Below are positions 45,094-53,912 of a DNA stretch of 64,000 nucleotides, one piece after another; the stretch's first letter is position 1, and every line of letters starts with the position of its first letter. The notes under the pieces are model-generated. The model was not told where the DNA came from. It did no database searches and saw nothing but the letters and a program-made list of their open reading frames with translations. Position numbers and translations under genes: made by a program. The stretch spans positions 2,160 through 66,159 of the forward strand of contig JBDHLB010000009.1 in the NCBI GenBank assembly GCA_039586095.1, read 5' to 3'. Source of the stretch: Gemmatimonadota bacterium. Its GTDB lineage: Bacteria; Gemmatimonadota; Gemmatimonadetes; Palauibacterales; Palauibacteraceae.

Positions 45094-46371
45094 ATGAAGG
45101 ACGAGCGAGCCCGTCGCGTACTCGGAGTGACGCCCGTTTCGGCCGTGCCGGTCTTGATGGCCGTCCTGCTGGTCGCCCCCTCCTTCGCGCGAGCCCAGGA
45201 AGCTGTGTACGTCCCGGCGCCCGGGGACACCTGGGAGCGTCGCGCACCCGAGGCAGTCGGGATGGACCCGGCGGGCGTTCAGGCCGCTGTCGGGTACGCG
45301 CTCGCACACGAGACGTCCGTGGCGCGCGACCAGGAATGGTCACAAACGCAGACCTTCGGGCGCGAGCCGTTCGGTCACGGCATCGGACCGTTTCGCGTAC
45401 GGGGCGGTGCCGCAGGACTGATTGTCCGCCACGGGTACATTGTGGCCGAGTGGGGCGACACGAGGCGTGTCGACATGACGCACAGCGTCACGAAGTCCTT
45501 TCTGTCGACGACGGTCGGACTCGCCTGGGAGGACGGCCTGATCCGGTCCCTCGATGACACCGTACGCGAGTACATGGCACCCATCGATGTGCCGGAGGGA
45601 GACGGAGAGCCGGGCGTAGACCGACTGGGGTTCGGGCGCCTCGACCCTGCCACGCTGTTCGAGTCCGAGCACAATCGGAGAATCACGTGGGAGCACCTCC
45701 TCCGTCAGAGCTCCGACTGGGAGGGCACGCTGTGGGGCAAGCCCGACTGGGCCGACCGGCCGGATCGGGACCCGGCAACCTGGAAGACCCGCGAGCGCCA
45801 CGAGCCGGGGACCGTCTACGAGTACAACGACACCAGGGTGAACCTTCTCTCTCTCTCGGCCCTCAATGTGTGGCGCCGTCCCCTCCCGCAGGTGCTGAAA
45901 GCGCGGGTCATGGATCCGATCGGTGCGTCACCAACCTGGCGCTGGCACGGGTACGACAACTCGTGGGTGACGATCGACGGCGTGCGTGTGCAGTCCGTAA
46001 GCGGGGGTGGGCATTGGGGAGGCGGCATGTTCATCAGTGCCCGCGATCAGGCCCGGTTCGGACTGTTCACACTGCGAAAAGGGCGTTGGGGCGACCGGCA
46101 GCTCGTGCGAGAGGAATGGTTCGCGTTAGCCACGACGCCCGGACCGGCAAACGGCGTGTACGGTTTTATGAACTACTTCTTGAACGTCCCGAGCGAGGAC
46201 GGTGAGAAGAGGTATCCCAGCGCGCCGGACTCGGCGTACGCCCATCTGGGCAACGGGACGAACATGGTGTACGTGGACCCGGAGAATGACCTGGTCGTCG
46301 TCGCGCGTTGGATCCCGCCACGCGACATCGACGGACTGCTGAACCTCGTGATTGGCTCGATCTCCGAGTAA
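45094..46371 (+). CDS. Beta-lactamase-fold serine hydrolase, secreted (second, divergent copy)
   Basis: Signal peptide VSAVPVLMAVLLVAPSFARAQEA. SxxK motif in THSVTKSFLSTTVGLA, with YEYNDT (YxN) downstream. It starts 10 nt after the previous gene. Confidence 0.75.
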   Translation: MKDERARRVLGVTPVSAVPVLMAVLLVAPSFARAQEAVYVPAPGDTWERRAPEAVGMDPAGVQAAVGYALAHETSVARDQEWSQTQTFGREPFGHGIGPFRVRGGAAGLIVRHGYIVAEWGDTRRVDMTHSVTKSFLSTTVGLAWEDGLIRSLDDTVREYMAPIDVPEGDGEPGVDRLGFGRLDPATLFESEHNRRITWEHLLRQSSDWEGTLWGKPDWADRPDRDPATWKTRERHEPGTVYEYNDTRVNLLSLSALNVWRRPLPQVLKARVMDPIGASPTWRWHGYDNSWVTIDGVRVQSVSGGGHWGGGMFISARDQARFGLFTLRKGRWGDRQLVREEWFALATTPGPANGVYGFMNYFLNVPSEDGEKRYPSAPDSAYAHLGNGTNMVYVDPENDLVVVARWIPPRDIDGLLNLVIGSISE

Positions 46372-46423
46372 ACGGCTCCAAACTTCGCGGGTAAGGCCGG
46401 CAGGCCTTCCGGACCGACTCCGA

Positions 46424-46873
46424 TCAGCGGAAGTCCTCCGCTGCGACCGTCGGAGTCCGCTCCCCTCGCCAGTAGCGCACTACATCCACGACGTCTATCG
46501 TCAGCGAGATCCCGTCCGCCGCGATCACAGCGAGCACCCACATCCCCAGCAGCGATCCCGTTCCGATGGTGCCCAGGCGAAACCACAGCCACGGCAGCAG
46601 CGGCACCCAGACCACGATGTGGCCGAGTCCCAGGAGGCGGACGAAGCCATACTGTCGGAAGATCGCCAACATGAGGATGAAGGCGACGGCCATGGCGGTG
46701 AGAACGAGCTGTCCCTCGACGCTCTCGAAGAAGAACAAGCCGCCCAGAACGTTGAGGGCGCCCAGGAAGGCGACCCAGGCGACCCATGCCGGCGGCAACG
46801 CTCGGAGGCTCGCCAGGAAGCCCCGGACAGTCCCGAAGAGAGAACGGCGGAGCGGGTTGGCAACGCGAATCAC
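46424..46873 (-). CDS. Small integral membrane protein (4 TM), unknown function
   Basis: 149 aa with hydrophobic helices (WVAWVAFLGALNVLGGLFFF, LVLTAMAVAFILMLAIF, LLGLGHIVVWVPLLPWLWF, LLGMWVLAVIAADGISL). No motif recognised. Confidence 0.55.
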   Translation of the reverse strand: MIRVANPLRRSLFGTVRGFLASLRALPPAWVAWVAFLGALNVLGGLFFFESVEGQLVLTAMAVAFILMLAIFRQYGFVRLLGLGHIVVWVPLLPWLWFRLGTIGTGSLLGMWVLAVIAADGISLTIDVVDVVRYWRGERTPTVAAEDFR

Positions 46874-46940
46874 GATGCGCTAACCCTGCTCCGCCGCACG
46901 CCGATCGACGGGACGCAGCCCCATCATTGGAGCGTCTCGA

Positions 46941-47657
46941 CTAGAACGTCGCGCGCCCTTTCAGCTCGAGAAGGACGAGCTCGAGCGGCTCCTCACCCAT
47001 GTTGGTCGGCAGGTGCGCCTCGGCGTCTACGCACTCTACCTGACCCGTGGTCCACGCCGGCATCTCCACCACCTCTCCATCCGGTTGCTCGAATGTTCCC
47101 GGCTGATCCATGAGGAAGATGGCGCAGTTCGCCGGGTGGTGGTGCATCACAGACGTCTCGCCGGGCTCATAGCGGATCCGAAGAACGCGCGCGACGTCGT
47201 TCTCGTACTCGACGGAGTAATGATCCGGGTCGGCCGTCACAGCGTCGGGATGCTCCGGCATCGCATCCGTTCCTGCCGTCGCCCCCTCCTTGAACTCGAT
47301 CAGGATGATGTCGGCGGTCGATTCGCCCGCATTTTGCGGTGCGTGGACTCCGGCTTCATAGCACTCGAACTCTCCAAAGGGTAACGACATCTCCATTTCG
47401 GCCCCCGCGGGATCCGTCATGCGCCAGGTCCCATCGTTCAACGGGATGCCGCAATGGAATGGATGCTCGTGCATCGCGGACTGCTCGCCCGGGCCGTAGG
47501 AGACACGTAGCAGGCGCACCGCATCATTCTCGAACTCGACCGAGTAATGATCCGGGTCCGCTGTCACCGCATCCGCGTATTCCTCTGGTGGCGGTGGCTC
47601 GCCGCAACCGAGCGCATAGACGACGGCGAAGATCGGGAGAAGCTTGACATGGCGCAT
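46941..47657 (-). CDS. Bicupin lipoprotein (two tandem cupin-like domains)
   Basis: I start it at ATG 47657: MRHVKLLPIFAVVYALGC (lipobox). There are two repeats: DAVTADPDHYSVEFENDAVRLLRVSYGPGEQSAMHEHP and DAVTADPDHYSVEYENDVARVLRIRYEPGETSVMHHHP. The duplication is also visible in the DNA (cgac[g/c]gagtaatgatccgggtc at about 47213 and 47537). Confidence 0.7.
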   Translation of the reverse strand: MRHVKLLPIFAVVYALGCGEPPPPEEYADAVTADPDHYSVEFENDAVRLLRVSYGPGEQSAMHEHPFHCGIPLNDGTWRMTDPAGAEMEMSLPFGEFECYEAGVHAPQNAGESTADIILIEFKEGATAGTDAMPEHPDAVTADPDHYSVEYENDVARVLRIRYEPGETSVMHHHPANCAIFLMDQPGTFEQPDGEVVEMPAWTTGQVECVDAEAHLPTNMGEEPLELVLLELKGRATF

Positions 47658-47862
47658 CCTGGACCTCCTGTGGCGGCAAAACGGGGGGACTCCCGGCTCG
47701 ATAGGCCGCGAACCCGCGAGTCTGATGCGCATGAGAGTGCACCGCGGGAGCGCCAATGGCAAGCCGATCGTCGAGGCGACGCGATTTGCGCTTTCGGATT
47801 CTACGTCTATCTTGCCGGCGCCCAAGCTCGTTCCGTCCATGCCTCACAGAAAGGATCCGAGG

Positions 47863-48612
47863 ATGAAGTGGAAGACACTGCTGTTGCCCGCAGTCGCCGT
47901 GCTCGCGTTCGCCGCACCCGTGCAGTCGCAGACCCTGATTGGCCAGTACTACCGCTGTAGCACCGCCGATGAGGGCGAGGCGGACTTTATCGTGAACGAA
48001 GTCTTCGAGGACGTCTTCGACAGCCACGTCGAGTCAGGTGAGCTGATCGGCTGGGGCTGGGTCGAGCACATGGCGGGAGGCCAGTGGCGAAGGATCTCCA
48101 CCATGACGGCGGAGAACCAGACTGCCGCCTGGGACGCGTGGGGATCGATCGTCGAGGACATCATGGACGACCACCCGAACGCATGGCACCGCTTCAACGA
48201 GATCTGCCCCTCGCACGACGATTACATCTGGAACATGGTCGCCACCTCGTCGCCCGAGGAAGCGGGCACCACGCCCGACATCTGGGCGTCGAGCTACTGG
48301 GTGTGCGATGAGACCGAGGAGGCGCGCGCCGACGAGCTCATGCAGCAGATGACCCCCGTGTTCGACAACCACATTGCCGCGGGCAACATTGGCGGATGGG
48401 GCTGGTACGAGCACGTGGTCGGAGGCCGGTTCCGCCGGCTGCTGACCCTCACCGAGGGAGAAGCCGCCAACATCCTCGAAGGCCGTGACCTGGTGATCGC
48501 GGATCTTCAGTTGCAGCACGCCGACGAGCTTGAAGAGTTCGGCAACATCTGCACCGGCCACGTCGACTACATCTGGGGGAACGCCGCCGAGGCTGACGAC
48601 GAGGACGACTAG
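47863..48612 (+). CDS. Secreted protein with two tandem ~115-aa repeats, unknown function
   Basis: The ATG at 47863 follows AAGGATCCGAGG. Signal peptide MKWKTLLLPAVAVLAFAAPVQSQ. The repeats are GELIGWGWVEHMAGGQWRRI...FNEICPSHDDYIWN and GNIGGWGWYEHVVGGRFRRL...FGNICTGHVDYIWG. It ends in an acidic tail, EADDEDD. Confidence 0.7.
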   Translation: MKWKTLLLPAVAVLAFAAPVQSQTLIGQYYRCSTADEGEADFIVNEVFEDVFDSHVESGELIGWGWVEHMAGGQWRRISTMTAENQTAAWDAWGSIVEDIMDDHPNAWHRFNEICPSHDDYIWNMVATSSPEEAGTTPDIWASSYWVCDETEEARADELMQQMTPVFDNHIAAGNIGGWGWYEHVVGGRFRRLLTLTEGEAANILEGRDLVIADLQLQHADELEEFGNICTGHVDYIWGNAAEADDEDD

Positions 48613-48688
48613 ACTGCATCGGGCAGGCGCTCCATGAGCGCCCCGCTCAAAAAGAAGCACTGGCGCCGACCGGCGCGCCCGACTAGGT

Positions 48689-48713
48689 GAAAGCCCGCTG
48701 ACGGCGGGCTTTC
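48689..48713 (+). terminator. Putative intrinsic terminator hairpin
   Basis: gaaagcccgc-tgacg-gcgggctttc is a perfect 10-bp stem with a 5-nt loop, 77 nt after the 47863..48612 stop. No clear T-tract follows, hence the modest confidence. Confidence 0.4.
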
Positions 48714-49010
48714 GCTTACCCGGGTCGAGGCCCGTGGATGTTTCCGGTCGGCAAGACGCCAGCCGGGTCCCTTTGACCGTCTGACTGTCGTCCCTGCGCG
48801 ACACGGATTCGAATTCGAGCACCACGGCGCCGCCGCGAGACACATGGGCACCAGTGTCCTCAACGTTAGTTTTCGTAACATCTTGTCAGTTTTGGCGCGC
48901 AACCGGCGGACAGCCAGGGCTGTCATGGCCTGCATATTGAAACACACGGCGCAAGCCCTCTCATGCTGCGACGAAAAACCGGTTTGGTGGCGTAAGGCTT
49001 GACAACCCGA

Positions 49011-50849
49011 ATGCAATTCACGGCCATGCGGCGTCTGACAGCCGCGACGGACCGACGCGTAGAAGAGCACGCAAAGCTCGCGGCCGAATTGGCGGACGCC
49101 GGGCGCTACGTCGAGGCGGAGCGTCAACGTGCGGCTGTCAGACGGCTCGTGCGCCAGAACCTCGAGGTATCGCCGCCAGATCCGCTGCTGCTGAACGACT
49201 ATGGCGTCGCGCTCGCCGAAGTCGGAGAGCTGGATCGCGCCATCGACTGTCTGGAGCGTGCTCACGCCGTAACACCGCGGGATCCGACTGTCCTGTTCAA
49301 CCTCGCCACCGCGCTCTGGCGGCGAGGACACTGCAGCGATGCCCGTCGCGCGGCCGCCCGGGCAAGACTCCTGGCGCCCGATGACACCGAGATCCGCAGC
49401 CTGGTGAATCGCATCCAGGGCACCCTGTCGGTATACGAACCCGATTTCCGCTTTTCGACGGACGCGGTCCCTGTGACGGCGGCCCGAAGGCTTGATCTGC
49501 GATCCGCCGAAATCTCTCCTCTTCATGTGCTTCGGGCGTCACTTCCGCACGTGAGCGCCGGGTATACCTTTCGCTCGCAGGAGCTCCTGGAGGGGCAGGA
49601 GGCGATCGGTCTGAGGCCCCTGGCCGTGACGGCGCCACTGTTCCCCGAGGACTGCTTCATCGATGGCGGGCAACCGCTCGACGTCGAGGACGTAGAAGGC
49701 GTTCGGTATCACCGATTGCGCATCCCCGGGGGGTTTGTCGCGGACCCGTCGGCAAACTCTCACTTTAAGGCAGAGTTCTATCGCGAAGAGATTCGGCAAC
49801 CTCTCGCTGAGTATCTCAGCCAGTATGCGGACGAGCTTTCGCGTCTCTGCGACCGGTTGGGACCGCACATCCTGCACAGCCACTCGGATCCCAAGAACGG
49901 CCTCGCGGCGGGTGCGGTGGCGTCGGCCAGGGGTATCCCCCATGTGTACGAGGTCCGCTACTTTCGTGAGGACGCTTCCGTGGCCAGAGGCAAACTGCCG
50001 CGCCACGCAGATCGATACCGGCTCGAGCGCGAGCTGGAAAGCCGTTGCTGTCGCGAAGCGGATGCCGTCGTGACGCTCTCACAGATCATGAGGGACGAGC
50101 TCGTCAGTCGAGGTGTGCAAGCAGACAAGATTTTCCTCGTCCCGAACGGTGCGAACGTCGAGCGCTTTCCTTTCACGAAGCAGCGGTGCCGTGGTCTGGA
50201 AAAGAGACTCGGGCTCGGGTCGGGTCCGGTGGTGGGTTACATCGGGAGTCTATCCACCTACGAGGGCGTGTCTGATCTCCTCACTTCCTTCCGCCTCATC
50301 GTGGACGCCATCCCTACAGCTCGTCTGCTCATCGTCGGGGGCGAGCGCGACGCCGAGGAAGCCTATCTGACGGCGAGCGATCTGGGGCTTGGCGATTCCG
50401 TAGTCTTTGCGGGCGTCGTCGATCGAAGTGAAATTCTGGACTACTACTCCGTGATTGACGTATTCGTCGTCCCCAGGCCTCCGGTGCGTGTATGCAAGAT
50501 GGTCACGCCCCTCAAGCTCTATGAGGCCATGGCCACAGGTCGCGCGGTCGTTGTGAGCGACGTGCCAGCCCTGCAGGAGATGATCACCGAAGGAGAGACG
50601 GCGGTCTCGTTCGAAGCGGGACGCCCGGATTCTCTCGCCGCCGTGTGCCTCGATCTGCTCGGCGATCCGGAGGGGCGAAGCGAGTTGGGTGCGAAGGCGG
50701 CGAGCTGGGTGCGCCAGCATCGCGATTGGACGACTGTTGCTCGAGGGTATCTCGACGCGTACGAGTACGCTTTCCAGGCTCGAGAACGCCGCGCCGTCAG
50801 GGCTTCGGAGAGCACCACGGTGACGCTGGCTGCGGGTCAACGCGGCTGA
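49011..50849 (+). CDS. TPR-domain + GT4-family (GT-B) glycosyltransferase fusion
   Basis: The N-terminal ~130 aa are TPR-like (NDYGVALAEVGELDRAIDCLERAHAVTPRDPTVLFNLATALWRRGHCSDA). The C-terminus carries the GT4 signature FVVPRPP...TPLKLYEAMATGRAVVVSDVPALQEMI (E-x7-E region). The start is ATG 49011 or TTG 48999. Confidence 0.8.
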   Translation: MQFTAMRRLTAATDRRVEEHAKLAAELADAGRYVEAERQRAAVRRLVRQNLEVSPPDPLLLNDYGVALAEVGELDRAIDCLERAHAVTPRDPTVLFNLATALWRRGHCSDARRAAARARLLAPDDTEIRSLVNRIQGTLSVYEPDFRFSTDAVPVTAARRLDLRSAEISPLHVLRASLPHVSAGYTFRSQELLEGQEAIGLRPLAVTAPLFPEDCFIDGGQPLDVEDVEGVRYHRLRIPGGFVADPSANSHFKAEFYREEIRQPLAEYLSQYADELSRLCDRLGPHILHSHSDPKNGLAAGAVASARGIPHVYEVRYFREDASVARGKLPRHADRYRLERELESRCCREADAVVTLSQIMRDELVSRGVQADKIFLVPNGANVERFPFTKQRCRGLEKRLGLGSGPVVGYIGSLSTYEGVSDLLTSFRLIVDAIPTARLLIVGGERDAEEAYLTASDLGLGDSVVFAGVVDRSEILDYYSVIDVFVVPRPPVRVCKMVTPLKLYEAMATGRAVVVSDVPALQEMITEGETAVSFEAGRPDSLAAVCLDLLGDPEGRSELGAKAASWVRQHRDWTTVARGYLDAYEYAFQARERRAVRASESTTVTLAAGQRG

Positions 50850-50888
50850 GGCCGGACTTCGGCCCAACCCCCGTCCGGCGGCTTCAGC

Positions 50889-51776
50889 TCACACGCAATC
50901 CGGCACCAGATCCTGCCACAGTCGGCCGAAATACTCATCGAAGAACGGGGTGAACCCGGCTCCGTTCCCGGGCGTCGTGGAAAACTCGTTGAACACGATC
51001 CGGTCCTCGGTGACGAAGAAATCGACGCGAACGTAGGTGCCGTACGAACGTCCGAGCCGAATCGCGTACTCCACCAGGTCGGGCAGCATTCGTGGAGCGG
51101 GGACCGGAGCCGCCGGCCGGAGCAACTCGGGCACGACCATGAAATCCGAAAACGGGTCCCAGTCTTCCGAATACACGCCATGCTCCGTTTCCGTCGCGAC
51201 AGCGCTACGGCGCATCCATTGAATAGCTCCGATGTGCTCGCCGAACGTATGCACCTTGGCCTCGAAGGGGAGCCCGCAGCCGTCCGGGTCGCCACTGATC
51301 ATCTCCTCGACCAGGATCGGGCCGTCGAGGAGCCGCATAATCGGCTTCCAGAGCAGCTCGCGCGCCGTATCACGCCGGAAGCGGGTCGAGCGTAGCAATT
51401 CCATGCCGTCGCAGACAACGAACACGGCCTGCCGCGAGTGCCCGAAACTGGCTCGAATCACGTATCTGTCCGGTAGCGCCTCCCACTCCAATCGGCTCAG
51501 GTCTCTCCCGCGCCAGTAGAGAACGGGGACCGGGATGCGGTGCCGAATGGCAAACTCGCGCGCATTCCACTTGTTGCTCAGCGAACGCTGCCAATGCCGG
51601 CAGCAGTGCCAGAGCCACTCGGGGTCGTGCCTGCGTCTCGCTGAATTGCGCTCCCACACCTGATGGAGGAAGTCGAGGTAGGTTCGGGGGCTTCCGAGGT
51701 CTCTGGGCTTCTGCCACCAGACCTCGAGTCGGCGCCGGAGGCGCTCCGAGTACGTCGGAAAGCCGAGGTCACTCAT
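50889..51776 (-). CDS. ATP-grasp-fold amidoligase, TupA-like
   Basis: The architecture and motifs parallel the TupA-like ATP-grasp family: NKWNAREFAIRHRIPVPVLYW...LPDRYVIRASFGHS...FEAKVHTFGEHIGAIQ...YVRVDFFVTEDRIVFNEFSTTPGNG. The start overlaps the upstream stop by 8 nt. Confidence 0.65.
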   Translation of the reverse strand: MSDLGFPTYSERLRRRLEVWWQKPRDLGSPRTYLDFLHQVWERNSARRRHDPEWLWHCCRHWQRSLSNKWNAREFAIRHRIPVPVLYWRGRDLSRLEWEALPDRYVIRASFGHSRQAVFVVCDGMELLRSTRFRRDTARELLWKPIMRLLDGPILVEEMISGDPDGCGLPFEAKVHTFGEHIGAIQWMRRSAVATETEHGVYSEDWDPFSDFMVVPELLRPAAPVPAPRMLPDLVEYAIRLGRSYGTYVRVDFFVTEDRIVFNEFSTTPGNGAGFTPFFDEYFGRLWQDLVPDCV

Positions 51777-52776
51777 GCCACGGCACTAATACCCCTAGCT
51801 CTGATGCGAGCTGCTCGAGGTCGCGGCGCTGCCGCTCGGTCAGCGGGATCCCGAGGCGCGACCACGCTTCCTCCCGCTCCGATTCGAGGCTTCCCGGCAC
51901 GTCCGAGCGGTCCAGTCCCGGCAAGGGCGGCATCGCGCGACTTTCCTCGATGATCTGCCGCACATCGGCCAGGAATGTATCGGCGTCGCCGATCAGGTCG
52001 GGGCGCAGGCCCAGCATGAGCAATCCATGCGTCGCCGCCGGGAACTTCCGATCAGCCTTGCGTCGCTCCCGCAGGTCACCTCCACCTTGGCCGGGCAACG
52101 TGCTGCCGAGCAAGCTGGCCGCGAAACGAAGCGACAGGCTCTTGATGACGGCTTCCGGAAACGCCGCCATGGCCGCTGGCAGTCGTCTGCTGTCACGGAA
52201 CGCGTTGGGATTCATGTCCACGACAATGGGCAATCCGCCGGACGGAATCGCGATGCACATCCCGGGTCCCGCGATCGCGTTCCAGATGGTGGCATCGGGT
52301 CGCGGTGCAGGTGGCCCTTCGTGCCTCGCGGCAAAGGAGAGCGTGATCAGGTTCTGTCTCAGCGCCATGCGCGCGTAGATGCCCAGACTCCCCACATGGC
52401 CATGGTTGCGGGTGGCCGCCACGAAGAGTCCGGTCTCCACGGCGCGAGCGATCAGCCTCTCCGTGGCCAGTCTGGCCACCAGTATGCCCGATCCGCCATC
52501 GCCGTCGAACACGGTCGCGACGGCGTCGTCGCGAGCCACGCGGGGCTCTGGGGTCGGGTTCAGCTGACCCTCCAAGTATTCCGTCACATAGCGACCGAGT
52601 TCCATGACGCCATGGCTGCGAATCCCGCGCAGGTCTACCTCCACCAGGCAGCCCGCGACAAGTGCAGCGTCTCGCTGCGGGACACCGGCCTGACGGAGCG
52701 CGTCGCACGCGAAACGCTGCAATGCTTCGGGCGGCACGCGGATCTCCGCGCCAGAGTCGCTCGCCGAGTCGCTCAC
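51769..52776 (-). CDS. Ldh_2-family (malate/L-lactate/sulfolactate-type) NAD(P)H oxidoreductase
   Basis: Ldh_2 pattern: LVEVDLRGIRSHGVMELGRYV...ATRNHGHVGSLGIYA. I favour GTG 52776, which forms a GTGA overlap with the GT2 stop. The track start at ATG 52827 would overlap GT2 by 55 nt. Confidence 0.7.
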   Translation of the reverse strand: MSDSASDSGAEIRVPPEALQRFACDALRQAGVPQRDAALVAGCLVEVDLRGIRSHGVMELGRYVTEYLEGQLNPTPEPRVARDDAVATVFDGDGGSGILVARLATERLIARAVETGLFVAATRNHGHVGSLGIYARMALRQNLITLSFAARHEGPPAPRPDATIWNAIAGPGMCIAIPSGGLPIVVDMNPNAFRDSRRLPAAMAAFPEAVIKSLSLRFAASLLGSTLPGQGGGDLRERRKADRKFPAATHGLLMLGLRPDLIGDADTFLADVRQIIEESRAMPPLPGLDRSDVPGSLESEREEAWSRLGIPLTERQRRDLEQLASELGVLVPWHE

Positions 52777-53912
52777 CGAGCCTCTCGGTCTGCGCCGGCC
52801 AGCGTTCGCGCGTGCCCGTTCGTGCACAGTCTCTCGACGCCCTCGACCAACGGTGTCACACCGGGATGAGTCTCGATCGCAGCGAGCATTTCCTCGAATC
52901 TCTTCATTGTCAGCACAGTGGATTCCGTCGCGTAGCCCTGCAGCGAGGCCAAGACACGAGAAACGTTCCCACCATTCGGTGACGGTTCACGGTCGCACGT
53001 GCGGTCCAGTAGATCGCGAGAGATCCAACCGTTTTGATCGAACAGGGCGAGGGGGATGAGGTTCCGGCACACGATCTTGACGGATTGACGGTGGAAGAAT
53101 CGGCCGGCCACCCAGCTTGGCAGATCGCGAGCTTCGGAGGGTCTCTCGAGGTCGATCTTCTCGTCCTGGTTGATATCTTTGCGCCGATAGTACTCCCTCG
53201 AGTAGAGCGACCACCGTAATAGATTCGTCTGGCTGTGCACGATTCTCCGCGCCGATGTCCACACGGGGATCGGATTCATGTATCCGCGGCCGCCTCGTGC
53301 CAGCGCGTACAGGGATAGCCGCAGCCCGAGCTCGGTCGTGGCCTCGGCCCGAGCGAAATACTGTCGCAGCGTGTCCGTCGCGTAGAAGCCGCAGCCAGCG
53401 TTCGCGAACCAGCCGAGCTGTCGCGCCAGCCGCCTGGAGACGAGGTCCACAGTGAGGTACGCATCGCGAAGACGCGGAGACTCATGAAGGTCTCGGTATG
53501 TGTAAGGGCTGAAGACGAAGCCGACGTCATCGGCCGCCTCCCGAAGAACGGCGGCCGCCGTGTGAATCCATCCCGGTGCGGCTGGCCGGCTGTCAGCATC
53601 CAGGAATCCCACGAATTCTGCCTCGAGCTGTTTCGCGCAGAACCGCGTGGCAGACTTCATCGCCTGGAACTTGCCGAGATGCGGCTCCTGAACATACCAC
53701 CACTCTCCCGACTGAACCTCGTCCAGGCCTCGCACGAACGCCCCAGACCCGTCGATCGAACCGTTGTCCAGGAACACCACGGCAGCGGCATGCGGCTGCT
53801 GCTTTCGAAGGGACTCGATGAAAGCCGGCAGACGCAAACGCTCGTTGTGGAACGGAACGACCAGCGCGTACGCGGAATCGTCCCGGCTCCGCAGCGTTTT
53901 CGGACTGCTCAT
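52773..53912 (-). CDS. GT2-family glycosyltransferase
   Basis: GT-A pattern: YALVVPFHNERLRLPAFIESL...VVFLDNGSIDGS...GFLDADSRP (DxD-like). I start it at ATG 53912 (MSSPK), which forms an ATGA overlap with the AsnB-like stop. Confidence 0.8.
   Translation of the reverse strand: MSSPKTLRSRDDSAYALVVPFHNERLRLPAFIESLRKQQPHAAAVVFLDNGSIDGSGAFVRGLDEVQSGEWWYVQEPHLGKFQAMKSATRFCAKQLEAEFVGFLDADSRPAAPGWIHTAAAVLREAADDVGFVFSPYTYRDLHESPRLRDAYLTVDLVSRRLARQLGWFANAGCGFYATDTLRQYFARAEATTELGLRLSLYALARGGRGYMNPIPVWTSARRIVHSQTNLLRWSLYSREYYRRKDINQDEKIDLERPSEARDLPSWVAGRFFHRQSVKIVCRNLIPLALFDQNGWISRDLLDRTCDREPSPNGGNVSRVLASLQGYATESTVLTMKRFEEMLAAIETHPGVTPLVEGVERLCTNGHARTLAGADREAR

Noticed and set aside
48937-48952. Sigma-54-like promoter candidate TGGCCTGCATATTGAA, about 50-60 nt upstream of the TPR-GT4 gene
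   Set aside because: The -24 GG and the spacing fit, but the -12 element reads TTGA instead of the strongly conserved TTGC. A single degenerate match found by eye is not enough, and no enhancer-binding-protein gene is visible nearby.
48609-49526. 305-aa minus-strand ORF spanning the 48.6-49.0 kb intergenic region and the start of the TPR-GT4 gene
   Set aside because: It has no motif and a low-complexity Arg-rich composition, and it overlaps the 5' part of a well-supported plus-strand gene. It would also read through the hairpin at 48689..48713. I cannot exclude a small real gene in 48.72-48.99 kb, but I cannot support one either.
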